A stretch of DNA of 64,000 nt. Source: Eledone cirrhosa (Eukaryota). A model generated the notes under the pieces. That model had not been told where the DNA came from. It was given only the letters and a program-made list of their open reading frames with translations, and did no database searches. Numbering within the stretch: the stretch's first letter is position 1; each line of letters opens with the position of its first letter. Location of the stretch: NCBI GenBank assembly GCA_964016885.1, contig OZ024756.1, positions 31,682,001 through 31,746,000 on the forward strand. Reading direction: 5' to 3'. A program made the position numbers and the translations under genes. Below are positions 23,253-38,289 of this stretch, in pieces.

Positions 23253-23649
23253 GTAAAAGAGAGAGTGTGAGAGAGAAAGAGAGGGAGTGAGTGAAAAATT
23301 CATATATGTATTAAATATATTTTTTTAACTTTTTATTCGGAAGATCAAAATTTTATTGAGGTACCTCTAAAGTTTTCCATTTTCTTAGCAATTCTTCTAC
23401 GTTGCTTCTTGGATAAATTTGTTCCGCTTCACCGATTCTATTCCCTTACACTGTCTTTGTCTAACTTTTGTTTTCAGTTCTCCTCCCCCTTCTCCTCCAC
23501 CTCTCTCGCCTTCTCCTTCCTTCTCTTCTTTCTCTTCTCCATCACTTTACTCTATTCCTTTCTTTCTCTTTCTTTTACCATTTCTTAAACTTACAGACTC
23601 ACACTCCCTCTCTCACACACGCATACACACACATATATGTATATATACT

Positions 23650-23727
<78 letters not shown>

Positions 23728-23780
23728 CATGTATATGCGTATATGAATTTATATATTCATATATGGTTATGTATACATAT

Positions 23781-23860
<80 letters not shown>

Positions 23861-23945
23861 GTATATTTATATATGTATATTCATATACATATTTGTGTAT
23901 ATATGTATATGTATATGAATATACATATATAAATATACATATATA

Positions 23946-24008
<63 letters not shown>

Positions 24009-24368
24009 GTATATTTATATATGTATATTCATATACATATACATATATACACAAATACACGCATACATAAACATACATTTAATCACAAAGACACTCATAT
24101 TCACAACTATATGCTTACAAACACAAGCAAACATATACATAAATCTATGCGCATGCGTGTGCAGACCATATTAGTTTTCAAATTTTCCCTCCTACTATCA
24201 TTTATCCTTTCCTAACTCTCTTCCTCACATCTACGCAGGTAAATATATATTAACGTACTTATTATACACACAATCACAAACTCATATGAGTGTATATCTC
24301 TCTCTATATATACAAACATATATGTACCACTCTCTCTCCCTCCCCCCCTCTCTCTCTATATATATATG

Positions 24369-24399
<31 letters not shown>

Positions 24400-24410
24400 G
24401 TATATATGTA

Positions 24411-24460
<50 letters not shown>

Positions 24461-24470
24461 TGTATGTGTA

Positions 24471-24518
<48 letters not shown>

Positions 24519-24598
24519 TGTATGTGTGTGTATATATATATATATACATGAATGTATGTGTGTGTATATATATATATACACACATACACATACATTCA

Positions 24599-24631
<33 letters not shown>

Positions 24632-24706
24632 ATATGTATATATGTATACATGAATGTATGTGTGTATATATATATGTATATATACACACACACACATACA
24701 TTCATG

Positions 24707-24738
<32 letters not shown>

Positions 24739-24775
24739 TACATTCATATATATATATATACACACACATGCATTC

Positions 24776-24849
<74 letters not shown>

Positions 24850-25004
24850 TTACATTCATATATATATATACACACACATACATACATTCATATGTATATG
24901 TGTTATATTATATTATATAAAAATGATTTCTCCAGCACTAGAACTGTTTCATTCATAGGAAATAATAAGTGGGTTTGATAAGGATTATATACACGGACAC
25001 ACAC

Positions 25005-25049
<45 letters not shown>

Positions 25050-25237
25050 TTATATAAACCCGTAAACCGTAGACCAAATATTTATTATTAGTTGTTATTT
25101 ATAGATCATAAAGGACTCAGGACAAGCACAAGGACGCCAAAAATATATAAGTTTTATAAAATGTCTAATACTTAATATATACTTAATACGATATATAATA
25201 TAACATAACATAATATAACATAATATAATACAATATA

Positions 25238-25358
25238 ATATAATTGTTTCTACTTTAGGCACAAGGCCAGAAATTACCCAGTGCATTACTGGTACTTTAT
25301 TTTATCGACCCCGTAAGGATGAAAGACAAAGTCAACCTCGGCGGGATTTGAACTCAGA
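25238..25358 (-). mobile_element. 5'-truncated tRNA-derived SINE
   Basis: Reverse complement of the SINE 3' part including the B box. Confidence 0.85.
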
Positions 25359-25427
25359 TCATACTAATATAATATAATAACAGCTAGTGCCTGACTCAAT
25401 CAATCAATATATATATGCATACATACA

Positions 25428-25459
<32 letters not shown>

Positions 25460-25461
<2 letters not shown>

Positions 25462-25581
25462 ACGCACCAGAGTACTCAATACTTAGGGTCATCGAGTTGG
25501 TAATAGGAAAATGTTTAACCCCGACGGCAGAGCTCAAGCCGCCTAAACGGCTTGAGCTCTGCTGTCGAGGTTAAACATTTT

Positions 25582-25586
<5 letters not shown>
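25460..25586 (-). mobile_element. PLE-like family 2 fold-back hairpin plus tail
   Basis: 39-bp arms 25503-25541/25548-25586; homologous to 3769-3927. Confidence 0.65.
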
Positions 25587-25664
<78 letters not shown>

Positions 25665-26594
25665 GTGCATCGCAGGCTCACATACACATGAATACACGCA
25701 TTAACACAAACAGGCGCAAAAATACACACATCTACATACACACACATATACAAACATATACACACATACACAAAAATATCATACACTCAAACACTCGCCA
25801 AAATCATATACATCCACAACACATTCACACAAATATATCATCGGACTCAAACTCATACACACCCACCCACACCCACACCCACACCCACACACCCACACAC
25901 ATGCACACACACACACACGCGCGCACACACACACACATACACAGACACACTCACACACACATATACCCTGATGGGAATAGGCATAGAGACATAATATGGC
26001 AGTGATTGAGAGCAATGGCGAATGTCTGAATAAGTGGATAACAGTTAAGAGTTTCAAGTATTTCATCATAAATCAATCAGAAACAGTTTATCTAACTTAA
26101 ACATGAAAGGTGAGCTGGATTATAACAACGTCCATATTAGTAAATCTGAGATTATCACAGAGAGAAAATGGCGTAATTTTATATTTGTACCTCTCGTTTG
26201 TAGTCTCGTTTGCAGGTCTCATATTTCAATGTCTCTTATCAACCAGAACGCACTTCATCAGATGAAACGTTTCTGTCTTCAAAGTTAACAAGAGACAAAC
26301 ATTCGTTGGAAATTAAATGTAGACATGTAATATATGTTGAAGGCGGAGGTGGTGGAGGTTAGGGTGGTGTTGGTGTTGGTGGGGAGGATTGGTAGAGTGG
26401 GAGTAATGGTAGAGTGGGAGTAATGGTAGAAAAAAAGAAAATGCTACTTGGCTGGCAAAACTGTTCGTTTTCTGAAACTTCTGGAATTTCTGCAAAGGAG
26501 ATAAATTTAATATATATACATACACACACATACATACATACATACATACATACATACATACATACATACATACATACTTATATATATATACTTA

Positions 26595-26681
26595 TATAGT
26601 ATAAACTAAGTTTGATACACTTAACATGTATTTGCAACAATTGGTTTCATGCTAAGTGTATGAAACTTTGTCTATACTATA
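26595..26681. repeat. Imperfect inverted repeat in (TA)n containing GAAAC-TTT-GTC
   Basis: TATAGTATA.AC.AAGTTT.ATACACTTA.CATG pairs with CATG.TAAGTGTAT.AAACTT.GT.TATACTATA. Confidence 0.6.
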
Positions 26682-26743
26682 TATATATATATAAGTTCTC
26701 TTGCAACAGATTGAGCACGTTTCCTTGATCTTTCATCTTGGGA

Positions 26744-26839
<96 letters not shown>

Positions 26840-27293
26840 TATATAAATCGATATATATTCTGATTTTCAATCTCGGTACATCTATCGAGATTTTAAATCG
26901 ACCCCGGTGAGATATTGAATTTCAGAAAATAAAAGCAATGAACTTAAGGGTTGATTTAAATACATATATACACATAGTGGGAATCTAAGCTCTAGCTTCG
27001 TGTCTCTGTGAGAAAGATATGTATATAATGTGCACATAGGTTGGTGGTTTTATATTGGAAAAATCAGTAGAGGAACGGACAAAATATCCTCTTGTGTGAG
27101 ATTTCATCTAATTTCAAATTCTATATGGATCGACATCCTGTATATTTATCTGACTATCTAGCCAGATCACTAGGCGTCTATCCCTCCACCTCATTCGATC
27201 TGTATATACTCTGTATATGCATACTTCGTAAATATATATCGTTATTAAAACGTTCCTTAATACTGAAATAATCTGAAAATAACTTTCACGTAG

Positions 27294-27347
<54 letters not shown>

Positions 27348-27546
27348 ATATATATATATATATATATATCTATATGTATCTATATATATATATATATATA
27401 TATCTATATGTATATATATGTATATATATATGTATATATATCTATATATCTATATATCTATATATCTATATGTATATATATGTATATATATATGTATATA
27501 TGTATATATATATATATATGTATATATGTATATATATATATATATA

Positions 27547-27685
<139 letters not shown>

Positions 27686-27762
27686 GTATATGTATATATG
27701 CATGTATATATATATATATATGTATATGTATATATATATGTATATGTATATATGTATATATG

Positions 27763-27882
<120 letters not shown>

Positions 27883-27929
27883 CATATATACATATATATA
27901 TATATATACATATATACATATATATATAC

Positions 27930-28032
<103 letters not shown>

Positions 28033-28103
28033 ACACTAGTAGAACACTGGAAGGTAATATCCGTATAGAGTAGAGCACTCAGTCCAGTGGACGAGATTGG
28101 TAA

Positions 28104-28227
28104 AAGTAGTTCCACAACAGTTAGTTCACCATACTCGGTATGGTGAACTAACTGTTGTGGAACTACTTCTCTCTCTAAGTATGTATTGAGTACCTTATTT
28201 AATGTGGTTACTCCCTATTATATTCGA
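28104..28227 (+). mobile_element. Perfect 31-bp-arm hairpin followed by a family-1-type tail
   Basis: 28104-28134/28138-28168 perfect inverted repeat with TCG loop; then TATGTATTGAGTACCTTATTTAATGTGGTTACTCCC. Confidence 0.65.
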
Positions 28228-28230
28228 TAT

Positions 28231-28297
<67 letters not shown>

Positions 28298-28630
28298 CGC
28301 TCATATATATCTTTGTGTTTGTAAAACTACAGGAAATACATGTATATATAATTATATTCCTAGGAAATAGGTATGTCAGTATAAGTTTTCTGTAAACAAG
28401 AACAAAAAAAATGATAAGGTAGCACCACGTATAGACAGACACATATCCACACACACATATATACATACACACACATACACACACTTACGCACACATACAT
28501 AAATACATGCATACACACAAACACATGTACACAAACACATGTACACAAACACACACAAACACAAACTCTTATATATGAAACATAACTAAACAATACGCAA
28601 CAACCAGAAACACAGCACATATATACCTAC

Positions 28631-28667
<37 letters not shown>

Positions 28668-28675
28668 TATGTATA

Positions 28676-28754
<79 letters not shown>

Positions 28755-28776
28755 ATATATATATATATATATATAA

Positions 28777-28828
<52 letters not shown>

Positions 28829-28971
28829 GCGTGCATGCACCTATTGAAAAACGTTCATATGATAGCAATGTTTTTAACTCAGTGCGGAGAACAAGTGTAT
28901 TAAAAATGTAAGTAGACAAGCAGAACCGAAATAACGTACAATCACACATATATATATATATATATATATAA

Positions 28972-29131
<160 letters not shown>

Positions 29132-29341
29132 GCGAATATACATGTATATTAGAATAATCTTTAATATACGTAGAACAAGAAATACTTATCTGGATGTATA
29201 ATTATAAATTTATTGCTACACACACACACACACACATATATATATGTAAATATATATATATATAAATATATACACAAACAAACATATATATATATATATA
29301 CAAACCCAAACATGTAAACATATACACGTACATCTACATCC

Positions 29342-29410
<69 letters not shown>

Positions 29411-29744
29411 CCTACACACACACCACGTAATGTGACACGAGTACAAACACACACAGATATTCGAATATACTCAAAGAAAATCTTTCAAATACGAAAATAT
29501 CCACGCATGAGTGGATATTTTCATAAAATAAGCTCTGTTTTTTCCCCTCTTCATCTTAACCATAATTCCTCTCCTATATATACTAACATAATACATATAT
29601 ATATACATATTTGTATATATAGACAGCATTGATATGTATATATATATATATATGTACACATATGTTTATATGTATATATATATACATATATATTATATAT
29701 ATATGTATATATATATATATGTATATATATATATACATAACTAT

Positions 29745-29831
<87 letters not shown>

Positions 29832-29867
29832 CATATCTATAAATATATGTATGTATATATATATACA

Positions 29868-29911
<44 letters not shown>

Positions 29912-29970
29912 CAGACATATCTATAAATATCTGTATATATATACAGATATATATTTACATATCTATATAT

Positions 29971-30053
<83 letters not shown>

Positions 30054-30284
30054 CGTGCTGTGTTGTTTGCGCTAAAGTTCTTACATTATATTTTTGCTAG
30101 ATATAAGTTCTAAAAACGCAATGGTGCAGCTTTTTTTTTTCAGGGTAACTTTTACAGATTAAGAATTCTATATTAATTTAAAAATCAAAACATTGCAAAA
30201 AAAAAAAAAAAAAAAAAAAAATGAAAAGATGAAGAGAAGAACGGAAACACGATACAAATACACGAAACATCATGAAGAAATAGA

Positions 30285-30517
30285 GCATCATCATCATCAC
30301 TATCACCATCATCATCACCATTATCATCATCATCACTATCACCATCATCATCACCATCATCATCACCATTATCATCATCATCATCATCATCACCATTATC
30401 ATCAACGTCATCATCATGATCATCGCTATCATCATCATCATCATCATCAGCATCATCATCGTCATCACTAACACCATCCTCATCACCACCATCGTCATCA
30501 TCACTATCATCATCAGC

Positions 30518-30551
<34 letters not shown>

Positions 30552-30557
30552 TCATAA

Positions 30558-30588
<31 letters not shown>

Positions 30589-30658
30589 TTATCATCATCA
30601 TCATCATCACCATCGTTATCATCCTGACCACAACCACCATCACCACCACCATCATCAT

Positions 30659-30693
<35 letters not shown>

Positions 30694-30698
30694 TCATC
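30285..30698. repeat. (CAT/CAC)n microsatellite
   Basis: Directly visible. Confidence 0.95.
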
Positions 30699-30984
30699 CC
30701 CGTCGTCGTAGTTGTCGCTGTCATCGTCGCCTTCTTCTCAGACTTGAAAGAAAAAAAAAAAAGAAAGTATTGGGTGGGTAATATATGATCAACCAAATTC
30801 CTTCAAAGCGATGCTACAGCCTGGGCGCAGTATAACGACTGTAGCCATTTAAGGAATAACAGAATAAAAGAATAAACATATTTGTATATATTCCTTTTGC
30901 AAAAGATTTAATTGAAGATATAGAGGAGATGGTGATTGAAGTTGAATTTAAGCGAAATCTAATGACATCAGTATCACCGAAATT

Positions 30985-31581
30985 GGCGGTGGATTGGCAG
31001 CATCGGTAGGGGGTCGGACGCCATGCTTTGACGCATTGAGTTACGGCCCTTGCCATTCTGAGTTCAAATCCCGCCGAGGTTAACTTTGTCTTTCATCCTT
31101 ACGCGGTCGATAAAATAAAGTACCAGTAATACACTGGGGGTAATTGCTTGCCTTGTGCCAAAAGTAGAAACATTGTTATCATTGGGGGATGGAATGGCAG
31201 TATCGGTAGAGGGTCGGACGCCATGCTTTGACGCATTGAGTTACGGCCCTTGCCATTCTGAGTTCAAATCCCGCCGAGGTTAACTTTGTCTTTCATCCTT
31301 ACGCGGTCGATAAAATAAAGTACCAGTAATACACTGGGGGTAATTGCTTGCCTTGTGCCAAAAGTAGAAACATTGTTATCATTGGGGGATGGAATGGCAG
31401 TATCGGTAGAGGGTCGGACGCCATGATGTGACGCATTGAGTTACGGCCCTTGCCATTCTGAGTTCAAATCCCGCCGAGGTTAACTTTGCATTTCATCCTT
31501 ACGCGGTCGATAAAATAAAGTACCAGTAATACACTGGGGGTAATTGCTGGCCTTGTGCCAAAAGTAGAAACAATTATTATC
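30985..31581 (+). mobile_element. Head-to-tail SINE trimer (200-bp period) inside one target-site duplication
   Basis: Three copies share private variants (ACGCGGTCG, ACACTGGGGG); TATCACCGAAA at 30972-30982 and 31578-31588. Confidence 0.9.
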
Positions 31582-31898
31582 ACCGAAACGTTTGGAATTA
31601 TTTTAATATTCTGTAAGTAGTAAAAACCAAAGTTATCTCGGCATTTATTAATCCTGTGGAATTAGAAGAATGTGAAGCCGATATCATTATTAAGGCGAAA
31701 GCATTAAAATGGGAACTAAGGAGTAGAAATCTGAAGTTAGATAAAACTTACTGGTATTGGAACTGACAATAAAAGATAAAAGTGCCATGGAAAGGATTAA
31801 TAATACAGTATATGTATATGTATATGTATATGTATACGTATATGTGTACGTATCTGTATATATATATATATATGTATACGTATATGTGTACGTATCTG

Positions 31899-31929
<31 letters not shown>

Positions 31930-31967
31930 CTCTCTCTTTGTCAGTCTGTTTGTCTCTCTCTGTGTGT

Positions 31968-32055
<88 letters not shown>

Positions 32056-32165
32056 GTATGTATGTTTCTATGTATGTATGTATAAATATATGTATGTATA
32101 TATAGGTATGTATGTTTATATATATATATATATATATATACATACACACAAACACACGCACACAC

Positions 32166-32213
<48 letters not shown>

Positions 32214-32737
32214 CAAACTTCCATTACCAATTCCGTTGAGATGTAGACGCCATTATATTCAGTTGTACGTTTCGTAGACTTCTGCCGAACACTTCTCAAG
32301 GCATACCACACGAATCTTTATTTTTTTTTTCTCATAGCGGAGACCCATAAATGTTTCCTCTCCCCATACACATCACGTCGAGTGGCTTACATTAATCTAT
32401 ATAAAGCTGTCGATAATGGACAAATACAAACACCGAAATGCCACTCTTCAAGCGATTCTAAAAGTAGGTGCTTAGCTATTGAACCTCTTGTAGGAAAAAA
32501 AATTATCCAAAGAACAAAATATCTGAAGAGCAATAAACGTCTCTTAGAAAAAGGTACCAACAATTTCTTTTAATGTTACTTAATGGCAAGTAGGGATGTA
32601 ATATTAAGGAGTTTGCTTCGCAACCATGTGGTTTAGGATTCAATCATATTACACTGAGTATTCTACATACACGTATGGAGTGAAAGTAGTTGGCAGGGAG
32701 TTCCAGTGTAACACAGATTCTAGTTACATTTGAATTA

Positions 32738-32911
32738 CCGTATTTCCCGGCATCTAAGACGCTACTTTTTTCCCTAAAATAAGTCTAAAAAATCTACCAT
32801 GCGTCCTGGAGGCCGAAGGTTATTTATTTTTTTTTTTTTCCTCAAATTTCTGGTTGTCAAAATTAGGGTGCGTGCTCGAGGACGAAGCGTCTTCGGCGCC
32901 GGGAAATACGG
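32738..32911. mobile_element. Tc1/mariner-superfamily (Tc2/pogo-like) MITE
   Basis: TIRs CCGTATTTCCCGGC...GCCGGGAAATACGG with TA duplications on both sides; 174 bp, non-coding. Confidence 0.85.
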
Positions 32912-32989
32912 TAAGTTTCTTTTTCCAGCTAAGCAGATTGTATCAACAATAATAAAGTATATTGCTTAAGAAGTCAGCAAGCCGCTAAG

Positions 32990-33516
32990 TCTTGGTATCG
33001 AAACCACAGCTTTATGATTGCAAACCGATTACTCTAACCACTAAACCACATGTCTCTATTGTAATATTTATATATTTGTTTTGTCTGCATTTGCTGGCAT
33101 TCTTCCCAACAGAAAGTTTATATTATTTAAAGATGCTGATTGAAAGACTACGATGCCATGCTTCGCAGCATAGAGTTATACGCCTTTATGGTCTGAGTTC
33201 AAATCCCGCCGAGGTTAACCTTGCCTTTCATCCTTACGGGGTCGATAAAATAAAGTACCAGTAATGCACTGGAATAATTTCTGGCCTTGTGCTAAAAGTA
33301 GAAATAATTATTTAAAGATGGTGATTGGAAGACCACTAGACAACTAATTGCCAAGTTCTGGTATCGAAACCACAGCTTTACGATTGCAAGCCGAATACTC
33401 TAACCACTAAACCACATGTCTCTACTGTAATATTTATATATTTGTTTTGTCTGCATTTGCTGGCATTCTTCCCAACAGAAAAGTCTTATTATTTAAAGAT
33501 GCTGATTGAAAGACCA
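32990..33516. repeat. ~158-bp direct duplication with a 5'-truncated SINE inserted in the first copy
   Basis: 32990-33148 is repeated at 33358-33516; SINE at ~33150-33310 flanked by TTATTTAAAGATG.TGATTG.AAGAC. Confidence 0.75.
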
Positions 33517-33519
33517 CTA

Positions 33520-33700
33520 GGGATACGATGTCCATTTCTAAGACTTTATATTTTGATAGTTTCTCAATTTCTCTTCTAGAGATATATACATTGTTATCCT
33601 TTTCAATTGATATAGGCGACATTTTCATATAGTCTTTGATAACAAAGTCTAGCTTTTAATCTTTCTATCTGTGTGAAATTAGATTAAATACTCTTTCCTG
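33520..33700 (-). pseudogene. Degenerate R4/Dong-like RLE endonuclease fragment
   Basis: DNNVYISRREIEKLSKYKVLEMDI resembles the D.NI..KE.EK..KY..L.IEI motif. Confidence 0.45.
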
Positions 33701-33729
33701 TCCCTGTCAATTATTTCCCCTTGTCAATT

Positions 33730-33764
<35 letters not shown>

Positions 33765-33892
33765 AATATTATCATCTTTGTGCTCATAAACTCTTGTTTG
33801 AAATATTGATTTATTGTTGTTGTTACTGTTGATGTTGTTGTTGATGTATTTGTCTTCTGTTGTTCATTCCCATTCATTCATTCATTCATTCA

Positions 33893-34072
33893 TTCTTCTT
33901 CTTCTTCTTCTTCTTCTTCTTCTTCTTCTTCTTCTTCTTCTTCTTCTTCTTCTTCTTCTTCTTCTTCTTCTTCTTCTTCTTCTTCTTCTTCTTCTTCTTC
34001 TTCTGCTTCTTCTTCTTCTTCTTCTGCTTCTTCTTCTTCTTCTTCTTCTTCTTCTTCTTCTTCTTCTTCTTC
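33893..34072. repeat. (TTC)n microsatellite
   Basis: Directly visible. Confidence 0.95.
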
Positions 34073-34600
34073 TCATTATTCCAACAACCTTATATTTATT
34101 TCTTGCTCAACTGAGCGCAGATCTATGAGCCTTGGGCACATGCAGTCTATTGCTTTCTAATTTTCTTTTACTATTGTACTAAAAGTAAACAAAGTACTTC
34201 GTAGTGCTATTTTCTGTATATTGTATATATATGTATAAGCCCTCATATTCTATCTATGTATCTAGTTAAGTCTTTTAAATATATTCCGAAGTTATCTTTG
34301 AATATGGCGGTTGCTTTTGTTTTCACTACCACAATTCTGATCAACTCTATTTCTAGATATCTATATATGAATATCTTCTGCATTTCTTTTAAAGTTATAT
34401 TATATTCTCTTAGAATTGATATATCGATTAGAAGACATATCTTTTCTTCGTTGTCTTTGACAATAATATCTGGCTGATTAGCCTTAATCCCTCTGTCTGT
34501 ATGAATTAGTGTGTCCATCAGTGTGGGCAATTTGTCATTCTCTGAGATCTTGTGAGATTTCAAAATGGTGGCATAATTTTCAATGTATGATAGCTCCAAT
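34073..34600 (-). mobile_element. 3' fragment of R4/Dong-clade (RLE) non-LTR retrotransposon
   Basis: ENDK..LMDTLIHTDRGIKANQPDIIVKD...CLLIDIS...NITLKEMQK (PD..D restriction-like endonuclease), then NIQKIAL; the 3' end abuts (GAA)n. Confidence 0.75.
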
Positions 34601-34724
34601 TCTCTCAAGCTAGTGTTTATACACACAGACACACACTCCCACACATACATGTATATTTGTATATAAGTATATAGGCTATGCTTATATGTATATATATCTA
34701 TATCTATCTATCTATCTATCTATC

Positions 34725-35110
34725 CAACTGATTCTTTTTTTCAAATACCACTTTGGAAGAAGAATCAGGATGGAGAGAGAGGTGCTGTACCCCAGCAAGT
34801 TTTATGGAAGGTGGGTGAAAGTGGCGAGAATGGCCCGAGTGAATGGGCCTTCTCTCTATATCAGCCTGTAGGTTGAGGAAAGAGAGGAGGAGAGGAAAGG
34901 AGTACAAACTCTTCGTACTCCTGGAGATGAGGGTTGCACATTTTTCCGGGGTATGTGTTACCCATATGAACTGTCTCCCCCTATTGGGGAAAATCGACTA
35001 ATTTTTTAAATTGCATTTGTGATAACATATTACACGTTCTTATTGTATGTAAACTTCCCCCTTTGTATTTGTCCCCTTCTTTTGTGCCCCTGTGGCTAAT
35101 AAAGAAACAT
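34725..35110 (+). mobile_element. 5'-truncated Tx1-like copy (subfamily B) in (TATC)n
   Basis: Homologous to 19176-19560; TATC at 34696-34724 and 35110-35220. Confidence 0.95.
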
Positions 35111-35126
35111 ATCTATCTATCTATCC

Positions 35127-35166
<40 letters not shown>

Positions 35167-35169
35167 ATA

Positions 35170-35220
<51 letters not shown>

Positions 35221-35244
35221 ATATATATATGTATATCTGTGTGC

Positions 35245-35296
<52 letters not shown>

Positions 35297-35862
35297 GTCA
35301 TACAAAAGTGAGTTACAAACGAAACGAAATTTCGTTTCGTTATTTGTTTTTATATATATATATATATATATATACACGCATGTGTATACACACAGATAAT
35401 GGATAGGATCAGACTGAGTAGTCAGAAACGAGATTGATGTGTGATTTTTTTCAAAACCTCCACATATTTATGTTGTTCGTATGCTTAAGTTTGTTCTTTC
35501 TTTTAACACCCTTTGATAACAAACCATCAGAGCGATCCTTTCAGGTTTTATGATACAAAGTTGTTTATTTTAAAGAGTTTATATTTATCTAAATATTTTC
35601 TACCACAATTTCATGTAAAAATGTTTAATATATGTTCTAAAACTTGGAGTCTGAACTCTAGCTTCATAAATTTCAAAGTTAGTTATTTTACTAAATCTTT
35701 CCAAATTCTCGATTATTTTGAAAATGACTTGGAAATCTAGGGCAATGTCTTTCATTAGAAATTATTCCATTGCTGTACTTACCTTTCAATTGTCAGATTT
35801 TGTTTTTGTGTGATGCGCTAAGGGACCGACCAACCAACCATCTAACAACCAACAGTGTTTTA

Positions 35863-35919
<57 letters not shown>

Positions 35920-35920
<1 letters not shown>

Positions 35921-36028
35921 AAGTCCCGGATTCAATAAGGGGTAACAACAGAAAATAAGGTACTGAATACATTCATAGATTATATACAAAATTGAATAGT
36001 GAAATGACTTCTACAGGACTAGAACTGC

Positions 36029-36031
<3 letters not shown>
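35920..36031 (-). mobile_element. PLE-like family 1 tail plus hammerhead 3' half
   Basis: CCCGGATTCAA...GGTAACAACAG..TAAGGTACTGAATAC...TTCTACAGGACTAGAACTG matches 62657-62765; in (TA)n. Confidence 0.65.
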
Positions 36032-36102
<71 letters not shown>

Positions 36103-36170
36103 CGTGTGGGTATACGCACACACACACACATATATATATGCGTGTGTGTGTGTGTGCGTATACCCACACG

Positions 36171-36201
<31 letters not shown>

Positions 36202-36235
36202 GTATATATCTATATATATATATAGACATACACAC

Positions 36236-36295
<60 letters not shown>

Positions 36296-36419
36296 ACGTG
36301 TATATATATATATACATATATATATGTACGTATATGTATATATATATACACACACACATATATATATATATATGTATATACATATATATATATATAAGTA
36401 TATGTATATATATATATAT

Positions 36420-36453
<34 letters not shown>

Positions 36454-36760
36454 GTAAGTATATATTACATTAGTCTGGATATTGAGGAAATTTTAGCAAT
36501 AAAACATGCATTAAACATCTAAATATATTCCTTTCATGTTAATTTATGTCTTTCTCTATTATTTACGTGGCTGAAGGTGTGAAACCAGGACCTATACTTA
36601 AAGTGTTGACAATAGTACGGAACAGGAGGGAACAATCTACGCCGTGTTGAATATACAACTTCTATTAACCATAATTATATATTATTCTCTGAATTAGTAA
36701 ATAAAACCCAAATGTATATGCAACAATGGTTGTTAATGTGGTGACTGCACCTGGTTTTAT

Positions 36761-36793
<33 letters not shown>

Positions 36794-36820
36794 ATATATA
36801 TATGTATATATATATATATG

Positions 36821-36899
<79 letters not shown>

Positions 36900-36904
36900 G
36901 TATA

Positions 36905-36951
<47 letters not shown>

Positions 36952-37016
36952 GTATATATATATGTATATATATATGTATATATATATATATGTATATATA
37001 TATGTATATATATATG

Positions 37017-37078
<62 letters not shown>

Positions 37079-37079
37079 A

Positions 37080-37162
<83 letters not shown>

Positions 37163-37267
37163 AAAAAGAGATGAAATCTCTTTTTCTTTATACTTTCACT
37201 AGGACACCTCGGTATTTTTCATTTTGTAAAAAAAACCCCACTTTCTAATATATATATATATATATAC

Positions 37268-37393
<126 letters not shown>

Positions 37394-38120
37394 AAACCGC
37401 TTTATTCATTCAGGACACGAAAGTATTGTATTGGCCATGATATATGCACAGGTTTTCATGATACCTTATTATAGTGATCAGATATACTATGTTTTGTTTA
37501 ATGACCGTTTCAGCAGCCATTTTAGCCTGAGCTTATACCTTATTAGATATGCCCTAACACCGCCATCACTACCACTACCACTACCACTACCACTACCACT
37601 ACCATCACCAATACCATAAAAACAACAACAAAAACAACAAACATAACATCAACAGAATCACCAGCAGCAACAACACCAACAATAATAACAACAGCAGTAC
37701 CACCATCAACAACAACAACAACATACCGCCAACGACAACAATAACACCACCACCACCACCACCACTACGACCGCCAACACAAACAATAACAAAAATTAAT
37801 CCATTGATTGAATGTTTGGAAGAACTTCATTATAAGGTTCGATTATTGATTATTTTCAAAGGAAATGTTTGGAATTAATAATCAACTTCCGAAACTTTTC
37901 TATGATCCTTCTCTCTCTCTCTCCCTCATTCCTTTCCTCTCCCTCCGTTTCTTCCTCTTCCTATCCTTCTCTCTCTTCCTCTTCCTCTCTCTCTCCCTTA
38001 TTACTTTTCTCTTCCTCTTACGATCTTTCTCCCCCCACTCTTTCCCTCTCACTCACCCCCGTCTGTTCCTCTCCCTATCCTTCTCTCTCTCTCTCCTTGC
38101 TATAATACACAAAGATGTAA

Positions 38121-38121
38121 T

Positions 38122-38162
<41 letters not shown>

Positions 38163-38289
38163 CTTCTTCTTCTTCTTCTTCTTCTTCTTCTTCTTCTTCT
38201 TCTTCTTCTTCTTCTTCTTCTTCTTCTTCTTCTTCTTCTTCTTCTTCTTCTTCTTCTTCTTCTTCTTCTTCTTCTTCTTCTTCTTCTTC
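38121..38289. repeat. (GTT)n(CTT)n compound microsatellite
   Basis: Directly visible. Confidence 0.95.
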
